Under the pieces are notes generated by a model that searched no databases, had not been told where the DNA came from, and was given only the letters and a program-made list of their open reading frames with translations. Made by a program: the position numbers and the translations under genes. From Candidatus Thorarchaeota archaeon (GTDB lineage Archaea; Asgardarchaeota; Thorarchaeia; Thorarchaeales; Thorarchaeaceae), in assembly GCA_016839445.1 (NCBI GenBank), contig JAEOUG010000089.1:1-40246 (forward strand): DNA of 40,246 bases. The letters run 5' to 3'. Of the stretch, positions 1-8,391 are shown in pieces; position 1 is the first letter of the stretch; every line of letters begins with the position of its first letter.

Positions 1-2
1 AC

Positions 3-962
3 AGCCAGTTCGATCAACACGTTCAGTCACATACCGCAGTGGACATTGGAGGAAACGCAGGCGTCCTCGAGATGCCCAACGGCAGACTCCTTGGATTCAC
101 TAGCGACTGCAACTCGTTCTGGTGCCTACTCAATCCTGAAGAAGGAACGGCGAACTCCGCAGCAGAATCGCTCCGAAACCTCGTCGCTATGGGCGCCAAA
201 CCAATCTTCATTGCAGACTGCCTCAATTTCGGTAACCCGGAAGAGCCCCAAGCTTACGGGCAGTTTGTGAGTGCTATCAGAGGACTTGGGCGCTTCTCTC
301 GTGACTTCGATCTACCGATTGTCGCAGGAAACGTATCACTATACAACGAAGTAGTGGAGGAGGATGGGCGCAGGCGGATTAATCCTACGCCACAGATTAT
401 GATTAGCGGCCTCTTTCCCAAAGGCTTCACGCCGGTAAGAAGAGGTCTTGTGACTCCCTGGGCCAACATCTACCTAATCGGAGAAACGTTCCCAGAGTTG
501 AACGGGAGTGAGTACCAGAGAGTGGTGCTTGGGATGGTGAAGGGAGAGCCACCTAGATACAGACCCAACATGGAGAAGAAGGCAATGGCGGCTGTCTTGG
601 AGGCTCATCAGAACGGGCTGATAAGATCCTGCAATAACGTTGGAAGAGGGGGTATCCTCGCCTCACTCATGAAGATGGCACTCTCAGGGCAGTATGGGTT
701 CAAGCTAAACCTGGAATACATACCTGGCACAGTGAGTAGTGTAGGCCAGAGGCTGTTCTCCGAATCCTCTGCGCGATACCTTGCGGAGGTTACAGAGACC
801 AATCAGGGTGAGTTCCTGAAGATTTGCGAGAAGCACGGAGTATCCTCATGTGAGATGGGCCTCACTGTGAGCAAGAGAGTGGCGGACTTCGGAGGCATCG
901 AGATCCCAATTGAGGATGTCGAAGAGGTTTGGAAGAACGCGATTATCCGGTTCATGGATTGA
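3..962 (+). CDS. purL: Phosphoribosylformylglycinamidine synthase subunit PurL, C-terminal part (5' truncated by window)
   Basis: Frame is open from the window start (SQFDQHVQ...). Motifs AESLRNLVAMGAKP, DCLNFGNPE, PIVAGNVSLYNE, INPTP, LFSESSARY are typical of the PurL AIR-synthase-like domains. Confidence 0.93.
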   Translation, partial: SQFDQHVQSHTAVDIGGNAGVLEMPNGRLLGFTSDCNSFWCLLNPEEGTANSAAESLRNLVAMGAKPIFIADCLNFGNPEEPQAYGQFVSAIRGLGRFSRDFDLPIVAGNVSLYNEVVEEDGRRRINPTPQIMISGLFPKGFTPVRRGLVTPWANIYLIGETFPELNGSEYQRVVLGMVKGEPPRYRPNMEKKAMAAVLEAHQNGLIRSCNNVGRGGILASLMKMALSGQYGFKLNLEYIPGTVSSVGQRLFSESSARYLAEVTETNQGEFLKICEKHGVSSCEMGLTVSKRVADFGGIEIPIEDVEEVWKNAIIRFMD

Positions 963-1071
963 TTCGTGACAAGCGGAATCGCGCGGGATTGACGCATCGA
1001 GGAGTACAGAGAGGCATAGCAACAGTTATAGTATAGAATGTTGGGTCAGGCCCATCCACCGGTGACCTGCA

Positions 1072-1410
1072 TTGACCACCCAACCAGAAACTGTCCAGCA
1101 GCCAGGCAGCAGCCTTGACTTTCCAACCCTCAAAGTCAAGCTCTTCTGGGTAAAGCTCCTCTCAGGGGCCGCCTTTGGCGCTCTAAGCTACTTCATCTTC
1201 CGCTTCTACGTACATGTCACATTCTTCCTAGTAATCCCTTTGTCATATCTTGTCACGTACGGAATGATACTGCTTTACTTGCTTTACAGGTCTGGTATGA
1301 GGAAACCTGATCACCCAAGACCAATACTGACGTTTCCGTTGAACTTCAGTAGTACTTGGTTCATGGCCTTCTTTGTGTTCGGTATAGTCTGCTACTACTT
1401 CGGGTGGTGA
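1072..1410 (+). CDS. Small 3-TM membrane protein, possibly EMC6/Rab5ip-like
   Basis: Three hydrophobic segments. KLFWVKLLSGAAFG start of TM1 and a C-terminal TWF..F.VFGIVCY resemble the EMC6-type pattern. Start codon (TTG) is uncertain. Confidence 0.6.
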   Translation: MTTQPETVQQPGSSLDFPTLKVKLFWVKLLSGAAFGALSYFIFRFYVHVTFFLVIPLSYLVTYGMILLYLLYRSGMRKPDHPRPILTFPLNFSSTWFMAFFVFGIVCYYFGW

Positions 1411-1413
1411 CAA

Positions 1414-2682
1414 ATGAGATTCAGAAAGAACCTACTCATCCTTGCACTAACGCTGCTTACAGTCGCAGGAGTACCAGTCTTCCTCTTGGCCTTGCCTGCC
1501 AGCCAGCCCTTCGGAATGATGCTAGATGTCGATTACATCACAACGGGTCCATACGAGGGGAACTACTTGGTTACGAACGAACCAGGAGCTACACTAATCG
1601 TGTCCCCGGAGCTGGAAGTGCTGTGGCGATGTGAGCTGCCTAGGCCGTTCGTGCACGAGTCAGAGGTTCTGCCAAACGGGAACATCATGATAGCCGACAC
1701 GGGGGCCCACCGGGTAATAGAGGTCGACATCAACGATCCCACGAACATCGTGTGGGAATGGAACGCGAAGAACCCGGACCACATCAACTGGACTCAGTTG
1801 GCGATTCAGGAAGGATGGAGTGACCGTGCACGCACTTACCTTAGCAGACAGAATGTGAGAGACTGGTCACACCTAAATGACTTCGAGTACATCAATGGCT
1901 CCAAATACGGCAGAGACTATGACTCCATTCTGATTTCACTTCGCAACCTCGATCTTGTCATTGAGGTGAACTACACAGAGACAAGAGAGGTTACGTGGTT
2001 CTATGGAGAGCCAAAGAATCACCAGATCCTCTACGAGCAGCACAATCCTGACAGGAGGGACAATGGCAACACAATCATCTGTGACAGCGAGAACCACCGT
2101 ATCATAGAAGTCGACTACGACACGAAAGATGTCGTGTGGGAGTTCCACCTCGATTTCCCGAACGGGCAGCTCAGATGGGCGAGAGACTGTGACGATATCG
2201 GTAATGGTACGTATCTCATAACAGACTCAAACAATGCCAGGGTCCTTCTGATAGGTAGAGACAACAAAACCATCCTGCGGGAGTATGGAAACGCGTGGCT
2301 CGTGCAACCCTACGAGTCAGACTACTACGAAATCAATGGCCACTCATACGTAATAACCGGAGACCCGATAGTCACTTCCATAACAATCATGGATTTCGAA
2401 ACTGGCATGCTTGTGGCCCACTTGGGTCATCCATTCCTGACGAACTTCGTGAGATACTTCGGAATTCTTGTCAATGTCTACTACGTGTTCATGCTTGGCG
2501 TAGCGTATAGAAGGTCTGAGGAGCAGGGCTTCGTCAACAGGCTGAAAGACCCGGCCGTCTACCGAGAGCTCATCCATGTTGTAATGGTCTACTTCATTGT
2601 GGTCTTTCTGGCGACGCTTTTTGCCTACTTGGCTGAATCAGGTCTCCACAACATAATCGACGACATCGTTGCCAACCAGTAG
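1414..2682 (+). CDS. Membrane-anchored arylsulfotransferase (ASST)-like beta-propeller protein
   Basis: N-terminal signal/TM. Motifs DWSHLND, ILISLRNLDLVIEV, LYEQHNPD, WARDCD and repeated 'ADxxxHRVIEV..VWE' blades. Two C-terminal TM helices. Confidence 0.75.
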   Translation: MRFRKNLLILALTLLTVAGVPVFLLALPASQPFGMMLDVDYITTGPYEGNYLVTNEPGATLIVSPELEVLWRCELPRPFVHESEVLPNGNIMIADTGAHRVIEVDINDPTNIVWEWNAKNPDHINWTQLAIQEGWSDRARTYLSRQNVRDWSHLNDFEYINGSKYGRDYDSILISLRNLDLVIEVNYTETREVTWFYGEPKNHQILYEQHNPDRRDNGNTIICDSENHRIIEVDYDTKDVVWEFHLDFPNGQLRWARDCDDIGNGTYLITDSNNARVLLIGRDNKTILREYGNAWLVQPYESDYYEINGHSYVITGDPIVTSITIMDFETGMLVAHLGHPFLTNFVRYFGILVNVYYVFMLGVAYRRSEEQGFVNRLKDPAVYRELIHVVMVYFIVVFLATLFAYLAESGLHNIIDDIVANQ

Positions 2683-2726
2683 TGACAGGAAGGATAATGA
2701 AGGTCTGCTAACACGAGCGTATCGAT

Positions 2727-3875
2727 ATGAGAGGTAAGCTGGTATACCCATGGTCTGAGGAACTCTTGAAGTACGAGTTTAGAGAGGACCATCCTCTGAA
2801 GCCAGACCGACTCAAGCTTACCTATCTTCTCTCTCAGGAGCTTGGTCTCCTTGAGAATGTCCGTGAAATAGAGCCGGGAGTGGCTACGCGAAACGACCTC
2901 TCCCTCTTCCACACCTCAGACTTCCTTGACGCGGTTCAGGCCACTAGTGCGACTGGAGAAGCCAATCCGCGATACGGACTAGGGACTCCCGACAATCCTG
3001 CATTCAAGGGAATCTATGAAACAGGAGCAAGATACGTCGGAGCGACTCTTGAAGGAATGAAGGAGTTGATCAAAGGAGCGTCCAATGCATTTGTGATTTC
3101 CGGAGGGCTTCATCATGCACAGAGGAGTGAGGCATCTGGTTTCTGCATCTTCAACGACGTCGCAATTGCTGTCACGCACTTCCTGAAGAAGAAGCCGGGC
3201 GCAAAAGTCCTCTATGTCGATGTAGATGCGCACCACGGAGATGGCGTCCAGAATGCCTTCTATCGCTCGAAGAATGTAATGACGATTTCAGTTCATCAGA
3301 CAGGACGAACACTATTCCCTGGGACTGGCTTCGTCTACGAAACAGGCGGGGCAGAGGGAGTCGGCAGATCTGTGAACATCCCGGTGATACCTGGTGCAGG
3401 AACGCCTGAGCTCATAGAGATCTTTGACGAGGTCATCCAGCCGCTGTTCAACGCATTCCAGCCCGACCTCTTGGTGTCTCAGCTCGGTGTCGATGGGCAT
3501 TACATGGACCCCCTGGCTCACCTTGCCTACACCTCGTCTGGCTACGAGACCGTAGTTCGAGGTCTCAAGGAGATGTCGGACGACATATGTGAGACTGGTT
3601 GGTTGGCTGTTGGAGGGGGAGGCTATGATGTTGTCAACGTAGCTCGACTGTGGACTCTGTTCCTGTCTCTTATGCTTGGCGAGGACATACCTAATGAGTT
3701 TCCGCCACACTTCCTCGACGTCTGCAGGGAGATGGGATATGATCAATATCCACCAGCAATCAGAGACCAGAATGAGGTTGTTCAGATGTACTTCTCTCGG
3801 GAAGAGGTAAGTCTCGACCTAGAGAGAACGATAAGAAGGGTCAAAGAACTCGTCTTTCCATATCATGGACTCTAG
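2727..3875 (+). CDS. acuC: Class I histone deacetylase family / acetoin utilization protein AcuC
   Basis: HPLKPDRL, GGLHHA, SGFCIFND, DVDAHHGDG, QLGVDGH..DPL, GGGGY motifs. Confidence 0.92.
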   Translation: MRGKLVYPWSEELLKYEFREDHPLKPDRLKLTYLLSQELGLLENVREIEPGVATRNDLSLFHTSDFLDAVQATSATGEANPRYGLGTPDNPAFKGIYETGARYVGATLEGMKELIKGASNAFVISGGLHHAQRSEASGFCIFNDVAIAVTHFLKKKPGAKVLYVDVDAHHGDGVQNAFYRSKNVMTISVHQTGRTLFPGTGFVYETGGAEGVGRSVNIPVIPGAGTPELIEIFDEVIQPLFNAFQPDLLVSQLGVDGHYMDPLAHLAYTSSGYETVVRGLKEMSDDICETGWLAVGGGGYDVVNVARLWTLFLSLMLGEDIPNEFPPHFLDVCREMGYDQYPPAIRDQNEVVQMYFSREEVSLDLERTIRRVKELVFPYHGL

Positions 3876-4489
3876 CCGGCCAATTGCACGTCAAACCACT
3901 TCTTGATCATCTTACTCATCATGTCAGTCGCAGCAGCCATAATGACTGTGTCAGCATCTTCTGAGAGGAGAGAAGAGGGATCGACACCCGACCGGGCGAT
4001 TCGAAGGAGAGAGGGATAGCAGAGGAGGCCCAAGGCCTCGACCACATCAAGACTATCAGACCCATTGATCTCGATTGATGTACCAAGGAGGTCAGGAGGC
4101 GAGAATTGGGGGTCGCTGTCAAGGACACCTACAAGCGTCTTGTGTTCTGAAACGAGCTCGACATCAGGCTCCTCGCATTCATCATAGATCTTCATCTTGC
4201 CTCGGTCAAAGGCAACCAAGTACTCCTCATTCGTGTCTGAGGTGCGCAGACAGAAAGTTATGCTCTGGTAGGACTGAGATGTGGAGTCCATGTAAGATTC
4301 GAACTCCTCGTCAGACATCTTGTGAATGCTCCTAGCCTTGTCGACGCTGACATTGAGGGCAGCCCTGCATCCATCAACAACTGGCCCAAGGTACTCCATA
4401 ATCATGAATCTGTCAATATTGATGTCATGGGCGATGTCTCTCAAGCATCTCTCAAGAGTTGCCTTCTCCTCTCTGGTATCTTGATCCAT
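3872..4489 (-). CDS. Hypothetical protein with SCP2-like (sterol/lipid carrier) domain
   Basis: Segment ITFCL..YLVAFDRGKMKI...EPDVELVS...LVGVL...IEING fits the SCP2 pattern. Start reassigned to ATG 4489 (MDQDT) to avoid overlap with the divergent gene. Confidence 0.6.
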   Translation of the reverse strand: MDQDTREEKATLERCLRDIAHDINIDRFMIMEYLGPVVDGCRAALNVSVDKARSIHKMSDEEFESYMDSTSQSYQSITFCLRTSDTNEEYLVAFDRGKMKIYDECEEPDVELVSEHKTLVGVLDSDPQFSPPDLLGTSIEINGSDSLDVVEALGLLCYPSLLRIARSGVDPSSLLSEDADTVIMAAATDMMSKMIKKWFDVQLAG

Positions 4490-4601
4490 GTTACTCAGGC
4501 AGAATGCGTCTGGTCTGCTTTTAGAGCTACTGATGCGGGTTAGGACAGTCCAGACCAAATTCACAGAAAAGGGAAAACGTCATTCTAGAGTCGGTGTCCA
4601 C

Positions 4602-5357
4602 ATGACCACAGACATCCACACACACCTCGGGACCAGCAGAAACGAGTTAGTGGATGTGAATTTCGACAATCTGGAGGACCATGTTGACCTGCTAATCAAC
4701 AGGATGGACACCTTCGGTGTGGATAAGGCCGTACTCACACCCCACGAGCCTCATGTCAGCACAGATCTATACGTTCGAGCCTCTGAGATATATCCAGACA
4801 GGCTCTTCTCAGCATGTTCAATCGTGCCTCGTCCAATCGATGTCGCACTTGAGAAGCTTGCATCATATGTGGAAGCGGGCTGCAAAGCACTGGTGCTTGA
4901 CGAAACATCATACCATCCTGGAGACCCTGCCGTTGGTTCTATCATCAACGCGGCGGTTCGTAGTGAACTACCCGTATACTTCAATAACGACCTTCTGCTG
5001 AGCGAAACGATTAGCCTCATTGACAGAGTCTCAACGATTCACTCAGAAGGTAGGTTTGTTGTCCTGAACATGGGGGGCGTCTTCGGATTCCCACAGATTA
5101 TCCCATTGACTGCCAAACGCAACGTATGGCTGGAACTCTCTACAACCTTCATCAAGCTGGTCGAGTCCCCCTTACGAGTGTTCCTTGACTCACTCATCCA
5201 AGACATTGGCGTTAGAGGGCTTGTTTTTGGCTCAGGGTATCATAGTCAGTACCCTGACCTAATGGCCTCTCTGAATCTGATTGACCTGAACGTGGAAACC
5301 TCCAGGCTGATCATGAAAGAGAACGCATGGGTGATTCTTGGATTGAGCTTCTGCTAG
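4602..5357 (+). CDS. Amidohydrolase_2-family TIM barrel, degenerate active site
   Basis: MTTDIHTH (HxH), MDTFGVDKAVL, YPDRLF, NVWLELS, LVFGSGY. ATG 4602 is the likely start. Confidence 0.8.
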   Translation: MTTDIHTHLGTSRNELVDVNFDNLEDHVDLLINRMDTFGVDKAVLTPHEPHVSTDLYVRASEIYPDRLFSACSIVPRPIDVALEKLASYVEAGCKALVLDETSYHPGDPAVGSIINAAVRSELPVYFNNDLLLSETISLIDRVSTIHSEGRFVVLNMGGVFGFPQIIPLTAKRNVWLELSTTFIKLVESPLRVFLDSLIQDIGVRGLVFGSGYHSQYPDLMASLNLIDLNVETSRLIMKENAWVILGLSFC

Positions 5358-5698
5358 TCAGTACCATCCCCGATGACTGAAAGATGGACAAGCCGCTCGA
5401 TGTCGTTGGCCGTGGGAACCCCAACCAGTCGCGTCTTGCCGACCATGATTGTTGGGAGTGCAACGATATCTAGTTTCTCAACAAGCTCGGGTCTCTCGTT
5501 GATGTCAGTCTCAACCACGCGTACTTGATTAGCACAACGCGTCAACCGCTTCGCGGCATGTTTGGCAACATCGAGAGCGTCGCCACAGAATATGCATCTC
5601 TTACTAGTAAAGACATGAATGCGAATCGGTTCAGAATCCGCAGCAATCAAGATCTGATTCTCTACAAGGTTCCATTGAGCATGCATTTCATGGTGCAT
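5354..5698 (-). CDS. Thioredoxin-family protein (CxxC)
   Basis: FTSKRCIFC, DINERPEL, cis-Pro ALPT, LVGVP. Start is uncertain. Confidence 0.8.
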   Translation of the reverse strand: MHHEMHAQWNLVENQILIAADSEPIRIHVFTSKRCIFCGDALDVAKHAAKRLTRCANQVRVVETDINERPELVEKLDIVALPTIMVGKTRLVGVPTANDIERLVHLSVIGDGTD

Positions 5699-5721
5699 GA
5701 GAGCTGTTCACTCCTTCCGAC

Positions 5722-5952
5722 TCATTCTGCAAATGATGGTGGCTTCAACCTCACGTGTTCTGAAACGGAGTCGACTGCGCGTAGAGGGATGGCCTCCCAA
5801 GCATTGACTGACTTCTCACGAGACCCCCTCTCAACAATAACCAGCGGTCCGTTACTCTCGTCAAACCACACCTTCCTTACTCGTCCTAGTGGAAACCCGC
5901 GGAAGTCACAGACCAGCTTCCCCTTCAGAAGCCACTTCATCTCGTCGTCCAT
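5722..5952 (-). CDS. Single PRC-barrel domain protein
   Basis: LKGKLVCDFRGFPLGRV..VWFD...G...IPLRAVDSVSEHVRL matches the PRC-barrel consensus. ATG at 5952. Confidence 0.75.
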   Translation of the reverse strand: MDDEMKWLLKGKLVCDFRGFPLGRVRKVWFDESNGPLVIVERGSREKSVNAWEAIPLRAVDSVSEHVRLKPPSFAE

Positions 5953-6015
5953 ACCATACGAGGCTCGCTGGACACACAAGAGATTGTGTACAATCCTCGT
6001 AACACCCGGTTGATA

Positions 6016-6606
6016 TCAGGAGTTGGGAACGTACTCCTGTTCTTCCTCATCGTAGCCCCATTCGACAATCATGTCGCTGTCAGTTGGCAAGAAGGTTCCG
6101 GGTACAAGATAGCCCAGAATGCCCATGACAACACCAATGATGTTCATGGAACCCCCGGTTACAATCCAAAGACGGTTGTCGCTTATCTGCTTGAGGCCAA
6201 GATCGGTCTGTCCAAGGCCTTCCAGATTGACCACTCTAACTGTGTAGTTGCCGGCCAAGAGATCCACAACTACTGACGTCTCGTAGATGATCTGCTCAGG
6301 TCCTATCACTCTGTCATCAGGCGTCAGGGTCAGGTTCACCAACGTGGTAGCGAGAGTCACGTTTTCTTGGAACTGCACGTCTATCTGAACCACAGATTCG
6401 TTACCGGGACGACACGATACTGAGACCTCTATCCTTGGATAGTAACCAGAGGCCTCCCACTGGTCCCAGGTGCGCACGGACCCCTCTCCCATGGAGAAGT
6501 TGAGGTAGTGGTATGGAGCGAAGTAGACTATCGCCCCGCCGAGGAGAATTATGAAGACCCCACCGAAATAGAGGAAGGCCTTCTTAGACAACCAGACGCT
6601 ACCCAT
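6016..6606 (-). CDS. Hypothetical membrane protein (two TM helices flanking a beta-rich extracytoplasmic domain)
   Basis: N-terminal TM, beta-strand-rich middle, C-terminal TM and acidic tail. Confidence 0.7.
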   Translation of the reverse strand: MGSVWLSKKAFLYFGGVFIILLGGAIVYFAPYHYLNFSMGEGSVRTWDQWEASGYYPRIEVSVSCRPGNESVVQIDVQFQENVTLATTLVNLTLTPDDRVIGPEQIIYETSVVVDLLAGNYTVRVVNLEGLGQTDLGLKQISDNRLWIVTGGSMNIIGVVMGILGYLVPGTFLPTDSDMIVEWGYDEEEQEYVPNS

Positions 6607-6677
6607 TCACTATCGACCGCTCTCGATACTGATGTGACAAGTTATAGGTGTAGCGTTGTACGTACACTCTAGGCACG

Positions 6678-8348
6678 ATGAACTTCCGACGTTTCGCAGA
6701 AACCCTTGAGGAGATGAGCAAGACGCCCAAGCGCAGTCTCAAGAAGAGCTTGGCCGCGGACTTCCTGAAAGAACTCGACATTGAAGATGTGGCTCTGACC
6801 GCTGATTTCCTCTCTGGAAGAATATTCCCCGAGAGCGACACTCGCTCACTAAACATCTCCTGGCGTGGGGTCATGAAGGCAATTGGCCTCCTCATGGACG
6901 TGAAAGGCAAGGACATCATGAAGCACTACAGAGGCGATGTTGGCGTAGCACTGGCGGCCCTCATCGATTCTAAGGAACACTCTGTTCAGACCTCACTCTT
7001 CCAAGAGCCGCTTACAATCACTTCCGTTGGAAGCTCGTTCGAGAAGATGGCTGAGGCAAGTGGGAAGGGGTCGTCAAGGGAGAAGGAGGGACTCCTAGTA
7101 GGACTGCTTTCCGATGCGTCAAGTATTGAGGTTCGGTATCTGACATCTCTCATCCTGGGAGATCTAAGAACAGGATTGTCGGAAGGTCTCCTCCTAGAGG
7201 CAATAGCACAGGCTTTCGGAGTATCTGAAGACCTAGCAAGAAGAGCTTGGAGCTTCTCTGGGAATCTGGGTGAGGTTGCCCGCTTGTCTGCGGCGGAAGG
7301 AGAGAAGGGGCTGGCTGCAGTATCAATTGAGCTCTTCCGCCCTGTGAAGCCAATGCTCGCAACACCTGCAGAATCAGTGAAGGAAGTCATGGAGGAAGGC
7401 GGTGATGAGTTCGCCTTTGAACTGAAACTGGATGGTGCACGAGTACAGATTCACAAGTACGGCAATGAAGTTCGGATATTCTCAAGGCGACTGAACGACG
7501 TGACAGAGAGCCTCCCAGAAATCGCGCAGATTGTAGTAGACGAGATAGACCTGCAGGAGTGCGTCCTAGATGGAGAAGTCGTGGCCATCAACGAAGTAGG
7601 GACTCCGTATCCTTTCCAGGTTGTGATGAGGCGATTCGGCCGAACTCGCGATGTAGACGAGATGGCTGAGAAAGTGAGCCTGTCATTGAGCCTGTTCGAC
7701 ATACTGGTCCAAGATGGAAAGACGACCGCCGATGAGCCATACTCTGCAAGAAGGAATCTGCTGAGTGAGAATGTGCCACATAGGCTTTTGGTGGAAAACC
7801 TGGTCACTCGGAGCCAAGAGGCCGCGAACAAGTTTTTCGAGCATAGCAAAGGTCTAGGCCATGAAGGAGTGGTGGCGAAGAAGGTTTCTTCAGCTTATGT
7901 GCCGGGCGTGAGAGGCAAGCTCTGGTTCAAGATCAAGCACGTGCTGGACACTCTCGACCTCGTTATTGTGGCGGCCGAATGGGGTCACGGACGCCGAAGT
8001 AACTGGCTGTCAGACTATCACCTCGCAGTCAGGAACGAGGAAAGCGGCGAATTCGAGATTGTTGGGAAGACCTTCAAGGGATTCACCGACGAGGAGTTCA
8101 AGCAGATGACCGAGCGCCTCCAGAGGATAAAGACTTCTGAATCGAGGGGCGTTGTCAGAGTTAAGCCAGAAATCGTGGTGGAGGTCGTTGCGTCAGAGAT
8201 CCAGAAGAGCTCAACCTACAAGTCGGGCCTAGCACTCAGATTCGCCAGGATAACCTCAATCAGAAACGACAAGACACCAGAAGACGCAATGACTCTCTCT
8301 GACCTTGAGAAGATGTTCGATCGGCAGTTCAAGTACAAGGCACGCTGA
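6678..8348 (+). CDS. lig: ATP-dependent DNA ligase (archaeal type)
   Basis: N-terminal DNA-binding domain, KPMLA, adenylation motif ELKLDGARVQIH, LDGE, FDIL, EGVVAK, WFKIK, OB-fold ALRFARI..IRNDK. Confidence 0.97.
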   Translation: MNFRRFAETLEEMSKTPKRSLKKSLAADFLKELDIEDVALTADFLSGRIFPESDTRSLNISWRGVMKAIGLLMDVKGKDIMKHYRGDVGVALAALIDSKEHSVQTSLFQEPLTITSVGSSFEKMAEASGKGSSREKEGLLVGLLSDASSIEVRYLTSLILGDLRTGLSEGLLLEAIAQAFGVSEDLARRAWSFSGNLGEVARLSAAEGEKGLAAVSIELFRPVKPMLATPAESVKEVMEEGGDEFAFELKLDGARVQIHKYGNEVRIFSRRLNDVTESLPEIAQIVVDEIDLQECVLDGEVVAINEVGTPYPFQVVMRRFGRTRDVDEMAEKVSLSLSLFDILVQDGKTTADEPYSARRNLLSENVPHRLLVENLVTRSQEAANKFFEHSKGLGHEGVVAKKVSSAYVPGVRGKLWFKIKHVLDTLDLVIVAAEWGHGRRSNWLSDYHLAVRNEESGEFEIVGKTFKGFTDEEFKQMTERLQRIKTSESRGVVRVKPEIVVEVVASEIQKSSTYKSGLALRFARITSIRNDKTPEDAMTLSDLEKMFDRQFKYKAR

Positions 8349-8357
8349 ATTGGCCGG

Positions 8358-8365
8358 TTTATATA
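8358..8365 (+). promoter_or_regulatory. Putative archaeal TATA box for the TGT-like gene
   Basis: TTTATATA about 27-34 nt upstream of GTG 8392, consistent with a short-leader transcript. Confidence 0.5.
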
Positions 8366-8391
8366 TGGCAGTCCTCGAACCTAACAGATGA

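Noticed and set aside
1408-1416. TGA-CAA-ATG in-frame junction (possible selenocysteine readthrough)
   Set aside because: No redox motif context or recognisable SECIS, and the downstream gene has its own signal peptide.
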